Source of the DNA: Elusimicrobiota bacterium
GTDB lineage: Bacteria > Elusimicrobiota > Elusimicrobia > UBA1565 > UBA9628
DNA: 64,000 nt
Assembly (NCBI GenBank): GCA_016218575.1
Contig: JACRDN010000011.1
Location: forward strand, 12,209 to 76,208
Direction: 5' to 3'
Part shown: piece after piece, positions 18,253 through 26,244 of the stretch
How positions within the stretch are numbered: position 1 is the first letter of the stretch
How the letters are laid out: every line of letters begins with the position of its first letter
Notes under the pieces: model-generated
What the model was told of the DNA's origin: nothing
Seen by the model: only the letters and a program-made list of their open reading frames with translations
Databases searched by the model: none
Translations under genes and position numbers: made by a program

Positions 18253-19218
18253 TCAGTAATAAGCGGCAACCTTCAACCCCAGGCTCTTGGCCTTGGTCTC
18301 CGGGGGCTCGGCCGGTCCCCATCTCAGAAAACGCGCGAACTGAAACGGAAAACGGAGAACGCCGTAAAGGATAGGACGCCTTCTGATCCGCCCTTTCACG
18401 GCCTCGATGAGGGAAACCCGGGCCCGCCGGGGCTTCCCGGCGGGCTTGCGCTGATAAGCCAGTTTCCGGGATTTCCAGGCGCGCTGGTAATAGCCCTGCT
18501 GGGGGACCACGTGCCCGGTGGCGCCGGGCACCTTGGTAGCCACGCAAACCACCGCGTAAGCGCTCTCGTCGAGCCCTCCGATCCCCAAATGGTCGAGGCT
18601 GCCCGGGAAATAGTCGCAGATCTGCCAGGGATCGTCCTTCCAGTGCCCCGTGGAGCGGCAGACCTGCATGGCGTTGATCTCGAAGCCGTTGGCTTGGTAG
18701 TAGTCCCAAAACAAAGTGGGAGAGAACATGTAGAAGCCGTGGTCCATGTGATTGGAGGAAGGGGCGATATGGATCACCCGCCCGCCGGGCTTGAGCATTC
18801 GAAATATCCCGCCCAAGGCGTTGGGAATATTGAAAACGTGCTCTATGGTTCCGGCGTCCAGGATCACGTCGAATCGCTCCGCCAGGCCAGCGGGAATCTC
18901 CGCGGCGGGCCTGTTCATGTCGAAAACATGCCGGGCCGATTCGAAGTCCGAGAAATCCAAGGTCTCGACCCCGGAGAATCCCAGGGATCCGAAAAGCCAG
19001 TCGTCGCCGATGCAGCCTTCCTCGGCCAAGGCCGGATTGTGGGACGGAGCCGCGGGCTCGGTCTGGGCAAGCTTAAAGCCGAACTCCCGGGCAACGACGC
19101 GCAGGACCTCCTCGGAAAATAGAACATCCTGCCTCCCCAAGGTCAGAAGGCGGCCCTCGAAGCGCCGCCGGGAGGCTTCCTTCATCAGTATCTTGAGCGC
19201 GCTCCGGGAAATGCCCAT
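18253..19218 (-). CDS. SAM-dependent methyltransferase adjacent to wzt (candidate glycan chain-end modifier)
   Basis: 321 aa. FDVILDAGTIEHVFNIPNALGGIFRMLKPGGRVIHIAP is a class I MT post-I/II region. Confidence 0.65.
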   Translation of the reverse strand: MGISRSALKILMKEASRRRFEGRLLTLGRQDVLFSEEVLRVVAREFGFKLAQTEPAAPSHNPALAEEGCIGDDWLFGSLGFSGVETLDFSDFESARHVFDMNRPAAEIPAGLAERFDVILDAGTIEHVFNIPNALGGIFRMLKPGGRVIHIAPSSNHMDHGFYMFSPTLFWDYYQANGFEINAMQVCRSTGHWKDDPWQICDYFPGSLDHLGIGGLDESAYAVVCVATKVPGATGHVVPQQGYYQRAWKSRKLAYQRKPAGKPRRARVSLIEAVKGRIRRRPILYGVLRFPFQFARFLRWGPAEPPETKAKSLGLKVAAYY

Positions 19219-19225
19219 CAGAGCA

Positions 19226-20533
19226 CTAGGCCCCCACCCGCTCGGTGCGCCAACCCAATTTAGGCCGCACGACCGGCCCGGCCCAGGAGCCTAGATATTC
19301 CTTGCGCATCTCGCCCGTGTCCTGAACGTCGAAGCAGACCACGTCTTGCTGGAGGACCAGAGACTGGTTGTGGGAATTCCCAATGATGGCCGTAATGTTG
19401 TAGCGCCCCTCATTGAGGAAGTTCCCGGGAATCCGGCAGACCGACCGGAACAAGCCCCTCGGGTAGGGCTTGCCGCTCAAGGGGTCCTCGCCGACGGTCA
19501 TGGATTTGCCGTTCCCCGATGCCAGGACGAAGGTCCCGAGCTGGTCCTTGAGCCAGATAGCGGGATGGATCATCGCGTTGTCCTGGAAATTCCAGAACGA
19601 GATCTCGACCAAGACTTCCTTGGAAATGTCCACGGTGGACAAGGCCCGGTCCGAGCCCTCCTGGAGTATCCTAACGGAGCGCAGGCGCGCCTCCTCGGTG
19701 CCGGGAGCCTGGGATGGGTCGCTCCAGGAAGCCTCGCCCTCTCCGCTCTGGACTTTGGAGAGGTAGTGACGAATCACCTCGTGCGAGGGGCCCTCGGCCT
19801 CGATCTGGCCGTCATTCAAGAGAATGGCCCGGTGGCAGAGGTTGGCGATGCTCGGCATGCTGTGCGAGACCAGCAAAACGGTGCGGCCTTGCTTGGAAAC
19901 CTCCTGCATCTTGCCCACGGACTTCTTTTGGAAGGCGGCGTCCCCCACGGCCAAGACCTCGTCCACGAGGAGTATCTCCGGCTCCAGGTGAGCCGCCACG
20001 GCAAAGGCCAGGCGCACCCGCATTCCCGAGGAATAATGCTTGACCGGGGTGTCTATGAACCTGACGATCTCGGCGAAGGCCACGATCTCGTCGAACTTGC
20101 GGTCGATCTCCTTCTTGCTCATGCCGAGAATGGCGCCATTCAAGTAGACGTTCTCCCGCCCCGTGAGCTCGGGGTGGAATCCCGTCCCAACCTCGAGAAG
20201 GCTGGCCACCCGCCCCCGCAGGCGCGCCCGCCCCGCGGTGGGCTCGGTGATGCGCGACAGAATCTTGAGCAAGGTGCTCTTGCCGGCCCCGTTGCGCCCC
20301 ACGATGCCCAAAACCTCCCCTTCCTCGACCTGGAAGGACAGGCCCCTCAGGGCCCACAGGACGTCCTCGCCGTCGTCACCCTCCTCGAAACGACTCAAGC
20401 GCCGCAGGCGACGGTATTGGGACAGGGGGGCCTTCCCCCATGAAAGCAAGGTCTCGACCAAGGTCTTCTTCATCTCCTCCTTGAGCCCAATGCGGTAGCG
20501 CTTGAAAAGCCCGTCCACTTGGATGGCGTTCAT
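19226..20533 (-). CDS. wzt: O-antigen/teichoic-type polysaccharide ABC exporter ATP-binding protein with a C-terminal carbohydrate-binding extension
   Basis: Track ORF 19226..21301 trimmed to ATG 20533 (MNAIQVDGLFKRY). Walker A GRNGAGKST, signature YSSGMRVRLAFA, Walker B ILLVDEVLAVGD. About 180 additional C-terminal residues resemble the Wzt_C beta-sandwich. ATGA overlap with wzm. Confidence 0.85.
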   Translation of the reverse strand: MNAIQVDGLFKRYRIGLKEEMKKTLVETLLSWGKAPLSQYRRLRRLSRFEEGDDGEDVLWALRGLSFQVEEGEVLGIVGRNGAGKSTLLKILSRITEPTAGRARLRGRVASLLEVGTGFHPELTGRENVYLNGAILGMSKKEIDRKFDEIVAFAEIVRFIDTPVKHYSSGMRVRLAFAVAAHLEPEILLVDEVLAVGDAAFQKKSVGKMQEVSKQGRTVLLVSHSMPSIANLCHRAILLNDGQIEAEGPSHEVIRHYLSKVQSGEGEASWSDPSQAPGTEEARLRSVRILQEGSDRALSTVDISKEVLVEISFWNFQDNAMIHPAIWLKDQLGTFVLASGNGKSMTVGEDPLSGKPYPRGLFRSVCRIPGNFLNEGRYNITAIIGNSHNQSLVLQQDVVCFDVQDTGEMRKEYLGSWAGPVVRPKLGWRTERVGA

Positions 20534-21357
20534 ACGATGTCGGCAAAAATGCCTTCCATCCTCTTGAAATAAAGCGCTCCCGTGGCAAATAGAAGAAAAG
20601 CCGAGAGGCTGCCCATGAGAATGAGATCCCAGGGCATGGCGACGGTGCCCAGAAGGGCGGAGCGGAATCCCTCGATGACGCCGGCCATGGGATAGAGGCC
20701 GTACCACAGACGGTAGGGGCGCGGGACAAGAGAAAGAGGCCAGGCCACGGGCGTGACGTACATCAGGATCTGGATGATGAAGGAGGTAGCGTAGTTGACG
20801 TCCCGGTACTGGACCGCCAGAACCGAGAGCCACATCCCCACTCCCGCGGTGGTGAGGACCATCAAGAACACGAGGTACGGGAGCATGACGATCCCCGCCG
20901 TGGGCTGGACCCCGAACCAAAGCATCAGGAACCCGAGGATGACGGAGGTGATGGCCAGGTCTATGAGCTTGACCAGGACCGGGGTCATGGGGATGATGAG
21001 GCGCGGGAAGTAGACCTTGGAAAGGGTATTGGCGTTGGAAAGAAGGCTCGCCGTGGAATTGCTCATGGCCGAGGAGAAGTAAAGCCAGGGAAGCAACGCC
21101 GTGAACGCGAACACCGGATAGGGCGCGCCGTCGCTCGGCATCTTGGCCAGGCGCCCGAAAATGACCGAGAAAACGACCATGCTGACCAAGGGGCGGATAA
21201 TGGCCCAGCCGAAGCCCAGGACCGTCTGCTTGTAGCCGACCTTGACATCCCGCCAGACCAGGAAAAAGAAAAGGTCGCGGTACCGCCACAGCTCCTCGCA
21301 ATCTATCGCCTTCCAGCCGCTTTTCTTCTCGATGATGAGTTCAGGAGTCTCGGGCAT
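20530..21357 (-). CDS. wzm: ABC-2 type polysaccharide exporter permease
   Basis: Start trimmed to ATG 21357; the longer TTG start would lie inside a promoter. LWRYRDLFFFLVWRDVKVGYKQTVLGFGWAII is the classic Wzm/TagG N-terminus. Multiple TM segments. Confidence 0.85.
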   Translation of the reverse strand: MPETPELIIEKKSGWKAIDCEELWRYRDLFFFLVWRDVKVGYKQTVLGFGWAIIRPLVSMVVFSVIFGRLAKMPSDGAPYPVFAFTALLPWLYFSSAMSNSTASLLSNANTLSKVYFPRLIIPMTPVLVKLIDLAITSVILGFLMLWFGVQPTAGIVMLPYLVFLMVLTTAGVGMWLSVLAVQYRDVNYATSFIIQILMYVTPVAWPLSLVPRPYRLWYGLYPMAGVIEGFRSALLGTVAMPWDLILMGSLSAFLLFATGALYFKRMEGIFADIV

Positions 21358-21373
21358 GAATGATCGCGGGGGA

Positions 21374-21402
21374 AGTTTAAGCGAAATCACCCACAATGTC
21401 AA
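21374..21402 (-). promoter_or_regulatory. Sigma70-type promoter TTGACA-N17-TAAACT upstream of wzm
   Basis: Minus strand reads TTGACATTGTGGGTGATTTCGCTTAAACT. The -10 ends 16 nt before ATG 21357. Confidence 0.5.
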
Positions 21403-21462
21403 TATCCTCTAGGCACCTGGCTCCGACGGTGCCCGGCTCCGCGCGTTTCTCTAAAAAGTCGA

Positions 21463-22548
21463 CTATCCGGCGTGAGGCTTGGCCGTCCCCGTAGGGATTG
21501 CCGGCCCGCTGCGGCGGGGCCGGCGCAGGGCCTCAAGAGCGGCCGTCTTGATCTCCCGGGAATCGCTTCCCACGAGCCGCGCCAATCCCAAACTCACGCC
21601 CTCCGGGCGTTCTGTCTCTCGGCGCAGGACCAGGATCGGCTTTCCCAGACTCGGGGCCTCCTCCTGGATTCCTCCCGAATCGGTCATGATAAGGCTCGCC
21701 CTCTCCATGAGCTGGACAAAGCCCGCGTAAGGAAGCGGCCGGCAAAGAAGAATCCTGGGATGGCGGCCAAGGGCCCTGACCACCGGCCTTTGAACCATTG
21801 GGTTGGGGTGGACGCAATAGACGAGGCGCAGGTCGCGCCGGGCATCGGCCAAAGCCCTCATCCCGGCGCAGATCCGGCGCAAATCCGGGCCGAAGCTTTC
21901 GCGGCGATGGGCCGTGACCAGTATGAGGGTTTTCCCCTCGATAAAGCGCGAAACCCTCCGAGGCGCCAATTCCGCGTCCGGCACGTTTCCCGCCTTCAGG
22001 CGCTCCAAGGCGTAATGAAGGGCGTCTATGGCCGTGTTCCCGACTCGGCGGATGCCCGCCGGGGCGACTGCCTCAGCGCGCAGGGCCCGGACCGCCTCGG
22101 CCGTGGGAGCCAGGTGGACGCCGGCGATGCGATCTATCATTTGCCGATTGGCCTCCTCCGGATAGGGAGCGGCCAAGTTCCTGGTCCTCAAGCCCGCCTC
22201 CACGTGAGCCACTGGTATTTTGCGGCAAAACGCCCAGTACGCGGCCATGAGGGCGGTCGTGGTGTCCCCCTGGACGACCGCATAGTCCGGGTCGAACCGC
22301 GGCCCCCGGCGGCCCAAGGCCGCCAGGACACGGGCGCTCAAGGATTCCAGGCTTTGGCCTGGCGCCATGAGGCCCAGGTCTAGGTCGGGCGCTATCCCGA
22401 AGAATCGGAGCAAGGGCGCGGCCAATTGGCGGTGCTGGCCGGAGAGGATCACTTGGGCGCGGTGCCCGCGCCGTCGTGCCTCCAGGATGACGGGGGCGAG
22501 CTTGATCGCCTCGGGCCGGGTGCCGAGGACAAATGAGAGCCGCAGCAT
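21463..22548 (-). CDS. wecB: UDP-N-acetylglucosamine 2-epimerase (non-hydrolysing)
   Basis: 361 aa. FVLGTRPEAIKLAPV, VQGDTTTALMAA, HVEAGLRT, DSGGIQEEAPSLGKPILVLR. Confidence 0.9.
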   Translation of the reverse strand: MLRLSFVLGTRPEAIKLAPVILEARRRGHRAQVILSGQHRQLAAPLLRFFGIAPDLDLGLMAPGQSLESLSARVLAALGRRGPRFDPDYAVVQGDTTTALMAAYWAFCRKIPVAHVEAGLRTRNLAAPYPEEANRQMIDRIAGVHLAPTAEAVRALRAEAVAPAGIRRVGNTAIDALHYALERLKAGNVPDAELAPRRVSRFIEGKTLILVTAHRRESFGPDLRRICAGMRALADARRDLRLVYCVHPNPMVQRPVVRALGRHPRILLCRPLPYAGFVQLMERASLIMTDSGGIQEEAPSLGKPILVLRRETERPEGVSLGLARLVGSDSREIKTAALEALRRPRRSGPAIPTGTAKPHAG

Positions 22549-22556
22549 TGGAAGTT

Positions 22557-22586
22557 ACTCTATCCTTTTGCTCCTCTGGCTGTAAA
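22557..22586 (-). promoter_or_regulatory. Promoter TTTACA-N18-TAGAGT, 8 nt upstream of the wecB ATG
   Basis: Minus strand reads TTTACAGCCAGAGGAGCAAAAGGATAGAGT, then AACTTCCA, then ATG. No separate SD spacing is possible, which implies a leaderless or 1-2 nt leader mRNA. Confidence 0.5.
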
Positions 22587-22593
22587 GCGTAAG

Positions 22594-22602
22594 TGATATA
22601 AT
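22594..22602 (+). promoter_or_regulatory. Extended -10 promoter TGaTATAAT, 6 nt upstream of GTG 22609
   Basis: Plus strand reads gTGATATAATcatcctGTG. A perfect TATAAT with the TGn extension. Confidence 0.5.
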
Positions 22603-22608
22603 CATCCT

Positions 22609-23253
22609 GTGAGGATTTTGCCGGCGGCCGCGGCTTTAGGCCTTTGCCTGGCCGCCCCGGCGCGGGCCGAGCAAAGCCCCCTCCTTTGGCAGGAGCGCTT
22701 TTTCTTCGATGCCCTCCTGCAAGCCCGCGACAAGCTTTCCCGCGCCCAAAGCGATCCGGCCATGATCCCGGTGCTCAAGGCCATCGCGGGCCAGGCCGCC
22801 CAGCAGTCCGCCAACCTCGACCAGATAGACCAGTACATGAAATCCCAGCATGACAACCTAAGCTACGCCTTCGCCCAGGAGGACCCGGGGCCGAGCCTGG
22901 AAACCATCGAGGCCAACTTCGAGACCCTGAGCCGTGGTTCCGACCAGATTCGCAACAACCTCTATTATCTCACGGCGCGCTGCCGCATGGCCTCCTCCCA
23001 GGCCCTGCCGGACTCCGAGATGTACCAGGCGGCCCTCCTCATCCTGGGACAGATCCAGCAGCTCCAGCTCAAGCTCAACTCCCTTTACCTAAACGCCGTG
23101 GAGGCCCACCGCCTGGTTTCGGAGAACTCCTGGGCCACGAGCAAGAATTTCCGGCACAAGGCTGAGGCCCTGCTGAGGTCCGTCGTCCGCATCCAAGATT
23201 CCATCTTCTCGGTGTACAACTCGGGCTACGAGCTGGCCATGCGCTGCCGATGA
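22609..23253 (+). CDS. Secreted hypothetical protein (helical, Gln/Leu-rich)
   Basis: GTG start. Signal peptide (V)RILPAAAALGLCLAAPARA. 214 aa. ATGA overlap with the downstream phosphoesterase gene. Confidence 0.6.
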   Translation: MRILPAAAALGLCLAAPARAEQSPLLWQERFFFDALLQARDKLSRAQSDPAMIPVLKAIAGQAAQQSANLDQIDQYMKSQHDNLSYAFAQEDPGPSLETIEANFETLSRGSDQIRNNLYYLTARCRMASSQALPDSEMYQAALLILGQIQQLQLKLNSLYLNAVEAHRLVSENSWATSKNFRHKAEALLRSVVRIQDSIFSVYNSGYELAMRCR

Positions 23254-24350
23254 CAAATACGCTTCTTGTCGCCCTCTGGCTCTGCGGCGGGGCTCAAGCG
23301 GCCGCCCACCGGCCTCTGCTCTACGGGCCCTACATGGTCTCGGCCTCCTCTACCTCGGCGCGGATCTGCTGGAAGGACGCCTCCCAGGAAGACTGCCGGA
23401 CATTCGAGGGCCTGACGCCGGGAGCCACTTTCTCCTACTCCCTTCCGGGCTCCACGGCGGCCTGGGTGGGGCGCGCGCTTCCCGATCTCTCCCGGCCTCT
23501 TCGCATCGCGGTCTTCGGCGACTCCGGCAAGGGAGGGCCCAACCAACTCCAGGTGGCCAAGGTCCTCGAAACCCGGGACCCCGATATGGCAGTATTGCCG
23601 GGAGACATCGTCTATCCCCGCGGGGAGATCGAGAACTATCCCGCCAAATTCTTCACGCCCTACGCGGCCTCCCTGTCCCGTCTCCCCTTCTACCCGGCCC
23701 CGGGCAACCACGATTACGGCTTTCGCAGCGCGGAGAAGGGCCGAAAGCGCTTCGAGGAGTCCTATCAGCGCATTCACCGCAAGCCCGCCTACTATTCCTT
23801 CGACGCGGGCCCCGCGCATTTCGTCGCTCTGGATGACAACCAGGCCTACGATATAGAGGCCGCCGCCCCCATCGACCCGGGAAGCGCGCAGCTTTCCTGG
23901 CTCGAGGAGGATCTCGCGGCCTCCAAGGCCCTCTGGAAAATCGTTTTCCTCCACGTGCCCTTGTATTCCACGATGCTCAACCACGGCAACAACGCTTTCC
24001 TGCGCCAGGCCCTGGAGCCGGTGTTTCAAAAGCATAAGGTGGACCTGGTCCTGGCCGGGCACGATCACATCTACGAGCGCAGTAAGTCCCTGGGAGGAGT
24101 GGTGTACGTCACCGCGGGGACCGGGGGAGCTTCCCTATACCGCGGGCTGACGGACTTGGATTGGCTTGAGAAGCAGCTCGTGGCCTTCGGCCTGGCCTGG
24201 ATCGAGATCAACGGACGGCGGCTCACGCTCGAGTTCGTGGACGCCGAGGGCGCGGTCCGAGACCGCTTTGTCCTGGATAAAGGCCGGGCTAAGAAGAGGT
24301 CTTCGGCGGCTTCTTCCGCGAGGCGACGACGGCCTCGGCGCGGGCCTTGA
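23250..24350 (+). CDS. Secreted calcineurin-like metallophosphoesterase
   Basis: Signal peptide. IAVFGDSG, LPGDIVYP, APGNHDY, LAGHDHIYERS metallophosphoesterase motifs. Confidence 0.8.
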   Translation: MTNTLLVALWLCGGAQAAAHRPLLYGPYMVSASSTSARICWKDASQEDCRTFEGLTPGATFSYSLPGSTAAWVGRALPDLSRPLRIAVFGDSGKGGPNQLQVAKVLETRDPDMAVLPGDIVYPRGEIENYPAKFFTPYAASLSRLPFYPAPGNHDYGFRSAEKGRKRFEESYQRIHRKPAYYSFDAGPAHFVALDDNQAYDIEAAAPIDPGSAQLSWLEEDLAASKALWKIVFLHVPLYSTMLNHGNNAFLRQALEPVFQKHKVDLVLAGHDHIYERSKSLGGVVYVTAGTGGASLYRGLTDLDWLEKQLVAFGLAWIEINGRRLTLEFVDAEGAVRDRFVLDKGRAKKRSSAASSARRRRPRRGP

Positions 24351-24720
24351 ATTCCAGGTTCTCGGCCAAGACGTCGCGGAAAGCCTGTTGCGGGATGATA
24401 AAAACCAGGGTTTCCGCCGCCAAGGACTTGATGGTGGCGCTGGCGGTCCCCATCTCCATGATGGAGGTTTCACCGAACACCTCTCCCGGCCCCAGCTCCG
24501 CGATTTGAGCGATATCCTTGCCCTTGTCGGGCTTGGCGTAAACCCCTACCTTGCCCTGGGCCACCACGTACAGCCCGTCCACCGTGGTCCCCTTGAACAG
24601 AACGGTCTGGTTGCCCTTGAAGGTCAACTGCTCGGTCTGCACGGCCAGGCGATGGGCCTGATCCTGGGTCAATCCTTTGAGGAAGGAGACCGAGCTCTGG
24701 AAAAATTCCGTGACCGTCAT
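24289..24720 (-). CDS. Stand-alone cyclic-nucleotide-binding domain protein
   Basis: Track ORF trimmed to ATG 24720. 143 aa. LFKGTTVDGLYVVAQGKVGVY...ELGPGEVFGETS...ASATIKS matches the cNMP-binding beta-barrel with FGE..., phosphate-binding-cassette-like. The 3' end overlaps the convergent gene by 62 nt. Confidence 0.7.
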   Translation of the reverse strand: MTVTEFFQSSVSFLKGLTQDQAHRLAVQTEQLTFKGNQTVLFKGTTVDGLYVVAQGKVGVYAKPDKGKDIAQIAELGPGEVFGETSIMEMGTASATIKSLAAETLVFIIPQQAFRDVLAENLEFKARAEAVVASRKKPPKTSS

Positions 24721-24728
24721 TTTGTGAT

Positions 24729-24736
24729 AGTATACT
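24729..24736. promoter_or_regulatory. Palindromic -10 element AGTATACT shared by divergent genes
   Basis: The entire intergenic region 24721-24741 is 21 bp. TATACT reads on the plus strand 5 nt before the nagZ ATG 24742, and on the minus strand 8 nt before ATG 24720. Confidence 0.45.
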
Positions 24737-24741
24737 AATTC

Positions 24742-26244
24742 ATGAACCTTGGCTCTCTTTTCATTTTCGGCGTGCACGGCAAGCGCGCCACGAAGAGGAC
24801 CGTGGATCTCCTCAAGAAAACCCGGGCCGGCGGGGTACTGCTCCTGGCGCGAAACATCGACACCCCGGAGCAAACCCGGGCGCTTACCCGGGAGCTCGTC
24901 CAGCGCGTCGGCCGGCCGCTCCTCTTCTGCGTGGACCACGAGGGAGGCTGGGTGCTGCGCTTCAAGAGCGGAGTCACCGCGCTCCCCGGCAACGCGGCCC
25001 TCGGCCGGGCCGGGAGCGCCGATTGGGCCTACGCCGCGGGCCGGCAAATGGCCCTCGAGCTCAAGAGCCTCGGCATCCAACTAAACCTGGCGCCGGTGAT
25101 GGACGTGCTGACGACCCGCTACAATCCCGGGATCGGGATCCGCTCCTTCGGCTCGGATCCCGCCTTGGTCGGCCGCCTGGGCGCCTCCATGATCCGCGGC
25201 CTTCAAGACCACGGAGTGGGCGCCTGCGCCAAGCACTTCCCGGGCAAGGGAGCGGCCTCGGTGGACGCCCACGTGGACCTTCCCGCCATCCGCATCCCCC
25301 GCTCGGAATTTGAGCGCGTCCATTTGGCCCCCTTCAAGACGGCCGTGGAGGCGGGTGTGGACTGCGTCATGACCTCACACGTGCGCTACCCGGCCCTGGA
25401 CTCGGCCGCGGCCACGTTCTCGAAGAAGATCACCGCAGGCGTCCTGCGCCGCAGGCTGGGCTTTAACGGACTCGTGATCTCCGACGACCTCTGCATGGGA
25501 GCCGTGACGCGGACCAAACCCGTCCAGCTCGCGGCCGTGGAGGCCTTGGCGGCCGGGCACGACCTTCTCATCATCGCCCACGACTCCCAGGCCCAGGAGG
25601 AGTCCGCCGACCTTTTGGGGCAAGCCGCGGCGGACGGGTTGGTGGGAGCCGAAGTGCTCGAACGTTCCTGCGAGCGGCTGAAGAAGTTCCTCAAGCTCCG
25701 CGGCGGAGGCGCGGCGCCGGCGAGCGCGTCGAAGCTCGCCCGGGAAGGAGAGCTCTTAAGCGCGAAAATCGCGGCTCGAGCCGTGCGCATCATCCAGCGG
25801 GGCGTTATTTCCCTCCCCCTTGGCCCCGATTCCGAGCCGACCGTGGTCCTTTTCCCCGATTTCAAGGAAGTACGGGAGCGCTTCACCTTCGAGGGAGGGC
25901 CGAGAGGCCCGGAAAATATGCTCCGAGAAAGCCTAGCCGGCTGGGGCAAGACCCGCCTTCTGCGCGCGCCGATTGAATCCACGGATATGAGGGATCTCCC
26001 CCAACACGTCGAACGCGCTTCCCGCGTCATTTTCTTCTGCTTCGAGGCCATGCGCTTCTCCGGACAAAAAGCCGTACTCCAGCTCCTGAGGAGGAAAGCC
26101 GCGGACAAAACAGCGGTTTGCCTGATCAGGAATTCCTGGGATTTGACTCTAGCTGGACCCCGCATGACGGTGCTGGACTCGGCAGGCTACCGGCTCTGCC
26201 AGCTGAAGGCGGCCCTGAAGGCACTGACGAGGAAAACTTCATGA
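24742..26244 (+). CDS. nagZ: Glycoside hydrolase family 3 beta-N-acetylhexosaminidase (NagZ-like) with a C-terminal extension
   Basis: 500 aa. LLFCVDHEGGWVLRF, KHFPGKGAASVDAHVDLP, VISDDLCMGA. Confidence 0.8.
   Translation: MNLGSLFIFGVHGKRATKRTVDLLKKTRAGGVLLLARNIDTPEQTRALTRELVQRVGRPLLFCVDHEGGWVLRFKSGVTALPGNAALGRAGSADWAYAAGRQMALELKSLGIQLNLAPVMDVLTTRYNPGIGIRSFGSDPALVGRLGASMIRGLQDHGVGACAKHFPGKGAASVDAHVDLPAIRIPRSEFERVHLAPFKTAVEAGVDCVMTSHVRYPALDSAAATFSKKITAGVLRRRLGFNGLVISDDLCMGAVTRTKPVQLAAVEALAAGHDLLIIAHDSQAQEESADLLGQAAADGLVGAEVLERSCERLKKFLKLRGGGAAPASASKLAREGELLSAKIAARAVRIIQRGVISLPLGPDSEPTVVLFPDFKEVRERFTFEGGPRGPENMLRESLAGWGKTRLLRAPIESTDMRDLPQHVERASRVIFFCFEAMRFSGQKAVLQLLRRKAADKTAVCLIRNSWDLTLAGPRMTVLDSAGYRLCQLKAALKALTRKTS

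Noticed and set aside
15851-19122. Very long plus-strand ORFs (15851..17686, 611 aa; 17608..19122, 504 aa). Similar cases are 35602..36948(-), 59249..60916(-), 31822..32745(-) and 1786..2580(+).
   Set aside because: They lie antisense to genes with unmistakable family motifs. Their translations are Gly/Arg/Pro/Ala/Leu-rich with no motifs. This is the typical stop-codon-poor shadow frame of high-GC DNA.
23250-24720. Functional pairing of the metallophosphoesterase (as a cyclic-nucleotide phosphodiesterase) with the adjacent cNMP-binding protein
   Set aside because: The genes are convergent, not co-transcribed. The esterase has a signal peptide while the cNMP-binding protein does not. The metallophosphoesterase motifs are generic to the superfamily.
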